From a virus (lineage: Duplodnaviria > Caudoviricetes): a stretch of DNA of 55,977 nucleotides. The stretch is taken from positions 1 through 55,977 of IMG/VR virus record IMGVR_UViG_3300009180_000048. The stretch is one strand, 5' to 3'. Position 1 is the stretch's first letter. Every line of letters begins with the position of its first letter. Of this stretch, positions 39,016-47,123 are shown in pieces. A model generated the notes under the pieces. That model was not told where the DNA came from. It saw nothing but the letters and a program-made list of their open reading frames with translations, and did not search any database. The position numbers and the translations under genes were made by a program.

Positions 39016-39103
39016 GGAAGCGTGGCCGAGTGGCCGATGGCGACGGTCTTGAAAACCGTAGTTCCTGTTGAGGGAACCGTGAGTTCGAATCTCACCGCTT
39101 CCG
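39016..39103 (+). tRNA. tRNA-Ser(TGA)
   Basis: ACGGT-CTTGAAA-ACCGT; long variable arm; G73. Confidence 0.9.
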
Positions 39104-39127
39104 TTTCGGTACGATGAAATCGATTAC

Positions 39128-39200
39128 GCACCAGTAACTCAGTTGGCAGAGTAGGAGACTCTTAATCTCTTTGTCCAGGGTTCGAGTCCCTGCTGGTGCA
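39128..39200 (+). tRNA. tRNA-Lys(CTT)
   Basis: GGAGA-CTCTTAA-TCTCT. Confidence 0.9.
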
Positions 39201-39205
39201 TAAGC

Positions 39206-39278
39206 CGGAGAGTAGCTCAGTTGGCAGAGCGGTGTCCTTACAAGGCACATGTCGTCGGTTCAAGCCCGACCTTTCCGA
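39206..39278 (+). tRNA. tRNA-Val(TAC)
   Basis: GTGTC-CTTACAA-GGCAC. Confidence 0.9.
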
Positions 39279-39283
39279 TAGAT

Positions 39284-39365
39284 GGGCGAGTGGTGAAATT
39301 GGCAGACACAGGGGACTTAAAATCCCCTACCGAAAGGTGTACGGGTTCAAGTCCCGTCTTGCCCA
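39284..39365 (+). tRNA. tRNA-Leu(TAA)
   Basis: GGGGA-CTTAAAA-TCCCC; variable arm. Confidence 0.9.
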
Positions 39366-39382
39366 TATCTTCAGGATAACCA

Positions 39383-39856
39383 ATGTTAGAAATGCAAAAA
39401 GCAGTCAGATGTAAATTACCGAGTGAGATTAAGCCCTACCAGACGTTCTTATCATTCAGCTTTATGCACGATATGATGAAGAAGGCATGGGCAGAGTTTT
39501 GTGACCACGGCCCACAGGGCTTTTACCATACAGTCTACACGTATTGTAATGACTGTAATGGATATTGCAGAGGATACCGTCTTAAGGTATCGGAAATGTC
39601 GAAAAAAGAACAGGAGTTAGCAGCGGGCGTAGGGTATTTATCGCCCTTACTGCATACTAAGCCTGGATACGACGTTAAAGAGCTTACAGATAAGTATGAT
39701 TGGTGGACATGTAAATCATGTGGCGCAATCGGATATAAAGAGCACTACGGTATCTTTACCGATTCACCTATTGGCAAGGCTTTCTTAAAGGGCTTTGTAA
39801 AGCGCGTACCTCCACACTTGAAGTCTGATTTTGACGCAATTGAAAATGAAGATTGA
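39383..39856 (+). CDS. Cys-rich hypothetical protein
   Basis: CNDCNGYC, CKSC. Confidence 0.6.
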   Translation: MLEMQKAVRCKLPSEIKPYQTFLSFSFMHDMMKKAWAEFCDHGPQGFYHTVYTYCNDCNGYCRGYRLKVSEMSKKEQELAAGVGYLSPLLHTKPGYDVKELTDKYDWWTCKSCGAIGYKEHYGIFTDSPIGKAFLKGFVKRVPPHLKSDFDAIENED

Positions 39857-39949
39857 TAGGGGATTTATGGTATATAGCTCCGACGAGATTAAAAAGAAGC
39901 TAAAAGCTATACACCAGCGCGCATCATGCATATTTCTCGGTAATCGATT

Positions 39950-39998
39950 TCCAAATGTACAAAGAGTCCAAATGTACAAAGAGTCCAAATGTACAAAG
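39950..39998 (+). repeat. 17-bp tandem repeat TCCAAATGTACAAAGAG x~3 ending in a start codon
   Basis: Direct inspection. Confidence 0.85.
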
Positions 39999-40204
39999 TA
40001 ATGTTTTCAGGATTCAAGACGAAAGAAGAGGCAAAAGCATTTATAGATGCTTACGCTGGTGGATGGGAACAAGAATCGGGCTTATGGCTTGACGAGGTTG
40101 GTATCAACTTCGCGGGCGCTTCCTACCCTATTATTGAAGATGAATCTTCTCTTACATTAGAATGTAAGCTAAATATCAGTAGGGAGACAGATGAGCCAGA
40201 ATAA
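39989..40204 (+). CDS. Small hypothetical protein
   Basis: 71 aa; GFKTKEEAKAF. Confidence 0.55.
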   Translation: MYKVMFSGFKTKEEAKAFIDAYAGGWEQESGLWLDEVGINFAGASYPIIEDESSLTLECKLNISRETDEPE

Positions 40205-40275
40205 GCCATAGCATTCATGTCCAATGACAAAATAGGCCATTAGTGATATGGTCTATTTTCAATAGTGGATGATGA

Positions 40276-40995
40276 ATGTTGATCAACGCCTCCAACGAAG
40301 AATTTCTATCAACAAGTACCGAGAGAGTATCTTTATTATTGAGCGATCCGCCTTGGGGAGCGGGTGAACAGAATACGGAATCGGAGTTTACGTATTCTGA
40401 TGAGCCAGAGGATATGCCAGGACACATAGATAGGCTAACGGCGTATAACAAGAGATGTGTAGATACGGCGGCAATTTTCTGCGATAAGAGGAGCCTACAC
40501 TTATGGCACGCAGCATTACTTAGAGACGTAAGTGAGGGCAACATACAGCATGTAGTATTGGAGTCGGCAATAGGGAATTACAAGCGAACGAGATGGCCAC
40601 AAAAGCACTACTATATGATTATTGCTCATTATCGTGAGCCTGTATATTTCGACTTTGCGGCGCTCCCAGAGACAGATAGAAGGGCACCAAAGAAGGGCTA
40701 TAACGGCCTAATGAGAAAAACGAACGGTGTTGTCCAGGCAACGATGTCATGTACGGATAAGGAGCGGGTAAAGGGATTTACGGCTCAGAAGCCCGTATGG
40801 TTTTTGAAAGACGTTATTAACGTCTTATGCCCGAAAGAAGGGAAGGTAGTAGATCCGTATGGTGGAACGGGTAGCACGTTTGTAGCCTGTATAGAGACAG
40901 GAAGGGAATACCACGGATACGAGATGAATCCAAACACCTATAGGGTAGCATGTGAAAGGATAGAGAAAGCGAGACAGGTACTCGGATTGCTATGA
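40276..40995 (+). CDS. DNA N6A/N4C methyltransferase, beta class
   Basis: DPPW near the N-terminus; QKP and DPYGGTGST near the C-terminus. Confidence 0.85.
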   Translation: MLINASNEEFLSTSTERVSLLLSDPPWGAGEQNTESEFTYSDEPEDMPGHIDRLTAYNKRCVDTAAIFCDKRSLHLWHAALLRDVSEGNIQHVVLESAIGNYKRTRWPQKHYYMIIAHYREPVYFDFAALPETDRRAPKKGYNGLMRKTNGVVQATMSCTDKERVKGFTAQKPVWFLKDVINVLCPKEGKVVDPYGGTGSTFVACIETGREYHGYEMNPNTYRVACERIEKARQVLGLL

Positions 40996-41036
40996 AATCG
41001 ATTACCTACTATATGTATACATTCGTGGAGAAATAT

Positions 41037-41630
41037 ATGCGCACGCTCTTACAGTTGATCGAAAAGATGTCGGATCATGGTCCGAAAAACAAATGGGTAA
41101 CATTGTCTGTTGCAGATCTCGCCAAAGATCCTGCACTTGCTGATGAATTTGTGCAGATGATCCAGCATTCCTACCGGAAAATCGGCGGGCACGTTGAGTT
41201 TAAGAACGCCCAGTCGTTTTTCAGTGGTGATGCCTTGGTATTTGATGCTATCGATCATGATGATGATCCGGAGGCAGATATTCTTCGGGTAGCAAAGATT
41301 TCTCCTTATGGAAAAAAGAGTATCGCTACTGCGACGGATGATACGCCTTTTTCTAAGGCTTCGATGATTACTTATGCGGCTTCTTCTTTAAAGAAGCCTG
41401 GATTTTATGCAGAAGTATCTGATGCAATGGCGCATATTTTGATCACAAAAGAGCTTGTCCCTTTTGTTTCAGATGAAGCAACAGTACGCAAGGTGCTTAA
41501 AAAAGATATTGTTTGGATAGGTGCTCACCCTGACGGTAAATATCCAGGCTATGATGGTTGGTACATACGGAAGCTTGGACCGAAGGAAGAGGAGCACTTA
41601 AAGATTATGGTAGGTATCCCGAAGGTATGA
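41037..41630 (+). CDS. Hypothetical protein with capsid-targeting-like N-terminus
   Basis: GGAG SD before ATG 41037; MRTLLQLIE. Confidence 0.65.
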   Translation: MRTLLQLIEKMSDHGPKNKWVTLSVADLAKDPALADEFVQMIQHSYRKIGGHVEFKNAQSFFSGDALVFDAIDHDDDPEADILRVAKISPYGKKSIATATDDTPFSKASMITYAASSLKKPGFYAEVSDAMAHILITKELVPFVSDEATVRKVLKKDIVWIGAHPDGKYPGYDGWYIRKLGPKEEEHLKIMVGIPKV

Positions 41631-41775
41631 CATGTTAATTATATGTCAATCACCTTATGCTTTGAAAGCGGGATAAGCTGATTTAGTAGGTATAGATTGT
41701 TAAGGCTTAGAAAGCGAAATTACTTCTTTACGAGAAGCGGTTACTGTTTCCTATTATAACCAGCCAGGGTATCTA

Positions 41776-42132
41776 ATGAGTGAAGAATCTATGTTTTTAG
41801 ACATTGAGACAGGTGAGTTGACGCAAGATGTCGAGAGAGGATTTTTATGTATCGACCATGCTGGCTATAATAGCTCAGGCGACGAGATGTTTGATTACAA
41901 GTTCTGCTTCAAGCCAAATGGGCAAAAAGCCAAGGTTATAGTATGGAAGTTATCAGAGGAGGTAGGGCCAACATTTACAGCGTTGGCGAATAACGTACAT
42001 GGTTCCTTTCAAGCATTCTATCAGATAGAGATGGAGAAAGCAGAAGCAGGAGAGGAGCCTGATTGGAGGGCAGTAACCAATCACCTATTGGTACGAGCGA
42101 TACGCTCCCCATTAGGGGATGATAAGACATGA
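41776..42132 (+). CDS. Hypothetical protein
   Basis: 118-aa ORF. Confidence 0.55.
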   Translation: MSEESMFLDIETGELTQDVERGFLCIDHAGYNSSGDEMFDYKFCFKPNGQKAKVIVWKLSEEVGPTFTALANNVHGSFQAFYQIEMEKAEAGEEPDWRAVTNHLLVRAIRSPLGDDKT

Positions 42133-42175
42133 AATCGATTACCGAAACTAACCTTTCAAGGACTAAGGAGATAAG

Positions 42176-42772
42176 ATGGTAAAAATAGATCCAATAATTT
42201 GGAAGAAGATACCTCCGCATGTACAAGAGGTATTGTCGATAGGTATTGAAATTTCAGCTTCACCCGATGAAGCAGCTTCAAGAATTGCTTGCCTAAACCT
42301 CGTATTTAACGACGATGGAACATGTATCAATCCGGTCTGGGCGGGAACGGATCTTGGACATATACTTATGGATATCAAGGCATCTAATTGGATAGACGCG
42401 ATAGAGTACGCATGTGCGTTTACAGCATCTCTCACAAAGGAGCAATGTGAGATGCAGAGGAGTAACGGAATTCGACATGATCCAATCACCATTACGGAAT
42501 TCCATAGCTCAGGAAGGACAATTCACCTTAAGGAGCCACTTGTATTTGAGGTAACCGAGCGGGGTGGACTATACCATGCTGAAACCGAAGTATCAGAGGA
42601 TCTAAGCTGTTATGAGGAGCGTCTATCTTATTTGATGCCATCGATTCTATCGGGATTAGACAATCTATGGACGATCTACGCAATGGAGGACGATAGCTAC
42701 CTAACGGATAAAGCTATTGAGCTTAAACGGTTACTATTGGGCCTAACGATCTCCTTTGGCTTAGACGAATAG
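42176..42772 (+). CDS. Hypothetical protein
   Basis: AAGGAG SD. Confidence 0.6.
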   Translation: MVKIDPIIWKKIPPHVQEVLSIGIEISASPDEAASRIACLNLVFNDDGTCINPVWAGTDLGHILMDIKASNWIDAIEYACAFTASLTKEQCEMQRSNGIRHDPITITEFHSSGRTIHLKEPLVFEVTERGGLYHAETEVSEDLSCYEERLSYLMPSILSGLDNLWTIYAMEDDSYLTDKAIELKRLLLGLTISFGLDE

Positions 42773-42778
42773 GAGAGC

Positions 42779-42840
42779 TTGTAAACCGTTTGTCAAGACA
42801 GATATATTGGCTACCCAGAATGAGAGCAACAGGGTATTGT
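42779..42840 (+). promoter_or_regulatory. Class F promoter
   Basis: TTGTAAA 42779, TTGTCAA 42790, TATTGT 42835. Confidence 0.7.
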
Positions 42841-42864
42841 CTGTTCATCGAAACGGAGCCCATC

Positions 42865-43044
42865 ATGCGCAAGATCAAGAACGTCAAACCCGTTGCAGCC
42901 CGCGACGTAGTTTCAACCCGCTGCCCTATTGCAGCCGCAATGATTGAACGCGGTGTACGCGGTGCAGGCCATCATCATAATCCCGCCCCCAAGCGCGATA
43001 CATGGAACCGCTGTGCCAAACATAAAGGCCAGCGGTTTGAGTAG
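42865..43044 (+). CDS. Small basic early protein (59 aa)
   Basis: GGAG SD before ATG 42865; GAGHH; C-rich codons. Confidence 0.6.
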   Translation: MRKIKNVKPVAARDVVSTRCPIAAAMIERGVRGAGHHHNPAPKRDTWNRCAKHKGQRFE

Positions 43045-43100
43045 GTAATCGATTTCCATTTCTATCCACAGTTGTTACTGATTTCTTAGGAGTATTCATC

Positions 43101-43538
43101 ATGCAAACGTTATCACAATTGGCATCCGTAGCATCCTCACAGTTGGCAGAACAAGCTCAAACTTTTGAGGCTCTTGCCGACGAGTACCTTAAACAAGTGC
43201 AGTCTGCTATTGACGCAGAGCGTAAAATGCCTTGGGGAATTCCCCAAGCATCATTTATGAAGGGTGATAAGCGATGGAGAATTGTTGTCAAGGATCGTCC
43301 AGAAGATAAGGGCGGGTCAGCGTTTGGATTTATCGACTTCGTGACGGGCGACCTTCTTAAAGCAGCGTCTTATGCTGCCCCTGCAAAGGGCGCACGCGGA
43401 AACCTCTTTGATAAGAACACATGGAAAGACTCATTCACAGCCTACGGAATGGCCTATAAAGCCAAGAAGGTATACATCAATCTTGGCCCAGATAGTCTTG
43501 CCAAGCTAAACGATGTTAGTGTACGCAACTTCTCGTAG
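43101..43538 (+). CDS. Conserved phage hypothetical protein (FID..TGDLLKAAS..APAK.ARGN family)
   Basis: Motif familiar from large phages; AGGAG SD. Confidence 0.65.
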   Translation: MQTLSQLASVASSQLAEQAQTFEALADEYLKQVQSAIDAERKMPWGIPQASFMKGDKRWRIVVKDRPEDKGGSAFGFIDFVTGDLLKAASYAAPAKGARGNLFDKNTWKDSFTAYGMAYKAKKVYINLGPDSLAKLNDVSVRNFS

Positions 43539-43581
43539 TCGAATGGTTGCTTATTCACAGGGGTTTTGTTACTCATTCTTT

Positions 43582-44124
43582 ATGAGAACCCTACGTGCCC
43601 TTATAGAAGATACCGAGACAGATTATGATCGGTACTTCACCAATGGATGGAATGCTGCAAAGAAGGCAAAAAATCCTGCATCCCATGAAGTCAATGCACG
43701 TTTCAAGAAGGTGCAGGATAAGAACGGTGAGGACTGGAAGGTTGGATACCTTGCATTCATCAGTAAGCGAGACTACCCGGACATTGAGCCTGCTCCAGTT
43801 GTAAGAGCTAAGCAGCTTGGGCTACTTGAGTCGAAGCAAACGGACATGTACTATTTAGCCAAGACACTACAGGGGCTAACTGGTGCTTCTATTGCAAAGC
43901 TGCTTGATGCTAAAAATCTTGAAGTATCATTCACCAAGATTGATAGCTATCATGGGAAGATTACAGCATATCAGGACCATTTTTTATTGTCCTCATCGGA
44001 GGACAATTCTGTATATTGGACTAAGGCTTTGCTGGCGCTTAGGGGCCATGCGAACGTATCTGTTGAGGAGCACGATAAAGAGGGGAATCCGGTTGAATGG
44101 CTCATCACGCCACTTGAAGGATAA
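43582..44124 (+). CDS. Putative internal head protein, paralog of 44219..45136
   Basis: MRTLRALIED...YFTNGWNAAKK. Confidence 0.65.
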   Translation: MRTLRALIEDTETDYDRYFTNGWNAAKKAKNPASHEVNARFKKVQDKNGEDWKVGYLAFISKRDYPDIEPAPVVRAKQLGLLESKQTDMYYLAKTLQGLTGASIAKLLDAKNLEVSFTKIDSYHGKITAYQDHFLLSSSEDNSVYWTKALLALRGHANVSVEEHDKEGNPVEWLITPLEG

Positions 44125-44218
44125 ACCGGTCTTAATGCCTTTATGTGTCATCCGATTTACCTGACAGCCAGTAAATCGATTACTTGTTACCAATCGATTA
44201 CCTTGTTATTAGATTTGT

Positions 44219-45136
44219 ATGAAAAACCTCCGCACGCTTATAGAAGATACTGAAGCAGACTACGATAAGTATTTCACCAACGGGTGGAACGCTGCAAAGA
44301 AGCTTAAGAACCCCCAAGGGTATGAGGCTAAGGAGCGATTTAAGAAGGTCCAGTCCACGAATGGCCCTGATTGGATTCAGGGCTACTTAGCTTTTATTGA
44401 AAAGCGGGATTTCCCAACCAGTACGGCTCCAACTGTACTGAGAGCAAAGGGTCTTAAGTTAACAGAAGAGGTAGTTTTTAATCAAAACTACGCAGATGGG
44501 ATGAAAGCACTTGGCAAGAGGATAGTGCAGTTAACCGGGCTTACACTTAAGGAGGTATTGGAAGCAGAGGGGAAATCGATTTCCTTTACCGACGATGGGA
44601 TCAAGCGCGGGAAGCTCTATGGATTTGAGGATTACTTTTCTATTGTTACCTCCCCAGAAGAGGTTCCATACTGGGAGGAGAATCTTAAGAAGTCTTTACC
44701 TGATATAGATCCTTACTTCCCTAATGGAAAGAAGGGTATGCGCGTAACGATAAATTTAATACTCCCCATGGAAACCATTAAAGAATCAGTCGATTCTAAC
44801 CCGCTTGATGGTAAGAAGAAAAAGCAGGTTACGGATATGATAAATAAGATCCTTAAGAAGTACACAGATGGACAGTTTAGCGATACGTCATGGGAGCCTA
44901 TAAACAAGATGAGAGCAGATCTTACGAATAATGGTATTCCCTTAGAGGCTTTAGATGGATCAGGGAGATACGAGAAAGAGAATGGCATTGATATACGGAA
45001 GGTATGGAAGTACAAGGTTCCTTTCCAGAACCAGAATGATCGTGCAGATTCAGTTTACATAAGCATTACAGCGAGTGGTACTGGACCGGTAAGCGATCCA
45101 CTTCAGAGATACGACGTTGTTGCATACGCTACTTGA
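44219..45136 (+). CDS. Putative internal head polyprotein
   Basis: MKNLRTLIED...YFTNGWNAAKK; three modules. Confidence 0.7.
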   Translation: MKNLRTLIEDTEADYDKYFTNGWNAAKKLKNPQGYEAKERFKKVQSTNGPDWIQGYLAFIEKRDFPTSTAPTVLRAKGLKLTEEVVFNQNYADGMKALGKRIVQLTGLTLKEVLEAEGKSISFTDDGIKRGKLYGFEDYFSIVTSPEEVPYWEENLKKSLPDIDPYFPNGKKGMRVTINLILPMETIKESVDSNPLDGKKKKQVTDMINKILKKYTDGQFSDTSWEPINKMRADLTNNGIPLEALDGSGRYEKENGIDIRKVWKYKVPFQNQNDRADSVYISITASGTGPVSDPLQRYDVVAYAT

Positions 45137-45310
45137 TAGCCTTTTAGGAAATCGATTACCGTGCTCTTACATTTTGACTGAACCGATCTAATATCCCTAT
45201 ATACCTCCCTCTATACATCTCTCTCTATCCTCTATCAAAGTTTGATAGAGGATAGACTATCGCAGGTACAGTAGAGTGTAGGAAATCGATTTCCTTGTTA
45301 CTTCATGTTT

Positions 45311-45856
45311 ATGAAAACGATAAGTGCGCTCATTGAAGATTTAAGTCCTCCTCTTGGTTTTGCTGGTCCCCAGAAGGGGGCCTGTGCGGTAATCCAGAGG
45401 ATACGGAAAGAAGCACCTAAACCGATACAGCAGGCATTGGTAGATCCTGTTGAAGATGGGATAGATTTATCCAATAAGGAGGCATCACAGATTTACGATT
45501 TAGAGACGGAGCCATTGCCAACGGGTGCAAATACATACTTTAAGAAGCTCATTATCTCTTCACATGCGCAATACCGTATGGATCTTAGGGGGATCACGAT
45601 AGAGCACATAAAGACGGCGATACAGAATTTCACGAAGGACTGGCTGAAGCATAAGGGGATGAAGAGTCCAGTATATGACACATGGAACGAGTTAGCACAG
45701 AGGCGAGAGCCTATTAATTGGACGGACATGAAGCAGAAGTTGTTTTTAGCATTTACGATATACGATAAGGACAGGGAGATAACGCTTGTGACGAGTTATT
45801 GGAGGGATCAGTTGAAGGTAAAGGCACCTGGGGATGGTGGATGCGATAGCGAGTAG
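45311..45856 (+). CDS. Putative internal protein with a DUF4258-like (SxHAxxRMxxRxI) domain
   Basis: MKTISALIED; ISSHAQYRMDLRGIT. Confidence 0.6.
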   Translation: MKTISALIEDLSPPLGFAGPQKGACAVIQRIRKEAPKPIQQALVDPVEDGIDLSNKEASQIYDLETEPLPTGANTYFKKLIISSHAQYRMDLRGITIEHIKTAIQNFTKDWLKHKGMKSPVYDTWNELAQRREPINWTDMKQKLFLAFTIYDKDREITLVTSYWRDQLKVKAPGDGGCDSE

Positions 45857-45948
45857 GTATTCCAATCCTCTTCACCTAAACTATGAAAGATTAAAATAAT
45901 ATATTGCGTATATTTATGTATAGGTTATTTCCAGGGGAGGAGGCAGAG

Positions 45949-46185
45949 ATGACAGTAGACGATATGATTGCAACGCTGACTGAGTTATCGGAGCAAGGGC
46001 ATGGGGATAACGAGATAGCGATAACGGCGCAGGATGAGGATGGAACGGACGTAGTAGAGACATTTGATATACTTAGTGTTTCTACGTATATAGGCGACAA
46101 TGGGGAGACGCTTATAGGCTTAGATATAGACGATAGCGCGATGGAGTTTGAGTCGTTATCGGGTGGAATGGAGTACGAGAACTGA
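45949..46185 (+). CDS. Small acidic protein
   Basis: GGAGG SD before ATG 45949. Confidence 0.55.
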   Translation: MTVDDMIATLTELSEQGHGDNEIAITAQDEDGTDVVETFDILSVSTYIGDNGETLIGLDIDDSAMEFESLSGGMEYEN

Positions 46186-46469
46186 TGGAATCGGAGCGGT
46201 TAGCGCGGGGGAAATTAGAGATGCTATATGAGCGTATAACGGACTATTTAGCGAATCGTGACGTAGCTGGCCTTATTAGACAGGGGGCACCAAGGGACGA
46301 GTACATGCCGGAATCACTGAGCCTTATGGATTTATACGAAGAGGATAATGATTTACCATCTCTTCAGATAAGGGAGATATTTAATGAGATTATACCTCTT
46401 ACAGAAGAGGAAGCATGTTTAATGAGGCACGATATTATGAAGATGATAGAGGAAGTAAAGTTTCTGTAA
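46185..46469 (+). CDS. Hypothetical protein
   Basis: TGATG coupling; GAPRDEY. Confidence 0.55.
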   Translation: MESERLARGKLEMLYERITDYLANRDVAGLIRQGAPRDEYMPESLSLMDLYEEDNDLPSLQIREIFNEIIPLTEEEACLMRHDIMKMIEEVKFL

Positions 46470-46514
46470 ACCATATCCGCAATAGATAGGGTTTAATCTT
46501 AGACAGGATATGAT
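46453..46514 (+). promoter_or_regulatory. Class F promoter
   Basis: AAGTAAA 46453, CTGTAAA 46464, TATGAT 46509. Confidence 0.65.
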
Positions 46515-46540
46515 TACCTCAACAGTCAACAGAGGTAAAG

Positions 46541-46708
46541 ATGAAAGAGCAGATAATTCAGGTTGTAAGACCTAAGCAGCTTTATGATGGTACATTGGGA
46601 GCATCATACCGAACACCTACTGTACCTGTTATTGGTGATCTTGTTGAGGTACAAACAAGGGGCGGAAAGAGTTGGAAGGCAACGATAATGAAGCAGCTTG
46701 CGCTATAG
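46541..46708 (+). CDS. Small 55-aa protein (MKEQIIQVVRPK...), missing from the ORF track
   Basis: GAGGT SD; downstream of promoter. Confidence 0.55.
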   Translation: MKEQIIQVVRPKQLYDGTLGASYRTPTVPVIGDLVEVQTRGGKSWKATIMKQLAL

Positions 46709-46878
46709 CTATAGAAAGGATATGTTGGAGCAGGTAGAGTAGGTGAAGAATCATGAGATCCTTGCTGAAGAAGCATCAGTGCTTTCCAAGTACGCGCACG
46801 ATGAGAGCATAGCTGCGTTTGTGGATTAGGAGGCTATGGATCGGTGGTTAATCTCTAACGAAACAATAAGGGGCACCA

Positions 46879-47085
46879 ATGCCTGATTTTGCACTATGTA
46901 GGAATTCGCTATGTACCTTATCTGCATCCTGCCTACGATACCAGACGGAGCCAGGGTACAGACAGACCTATGGTTCATTTAGGCAGAACAAACTACTTAA
47001 ATGCTCATATTACATGGCTCCAGAGCCTACCCCTACCGATCATTGCGAATCGGTACAGGTAGCAGAGGCTAAGGCGCTATTCTAA
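46879..47085 (+). CDS. Small Cys-rich protein
   Basis: MPD..LC....C.....CLRY pattern. Confidence 0.5.
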   Translation: MPDFALCRNSLCTLSASCLRYQTEPGYRQTYGSFRQNKLLKCSYYMAPEPTPTDHCESVQVAEAKALF

Positions 47086-47123
47086 GTTTTGCTCGGAAAT
47101 CGATTACGGGCTAACATTCTAAT

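Noticed and set aside
39196-39414. 72-aa ORF in the tRNA cluster (also 38173..38460 and 36287..36598 on the minus strand)
   Set aside because: These overlap tRNA genes or their promoter and leader regions
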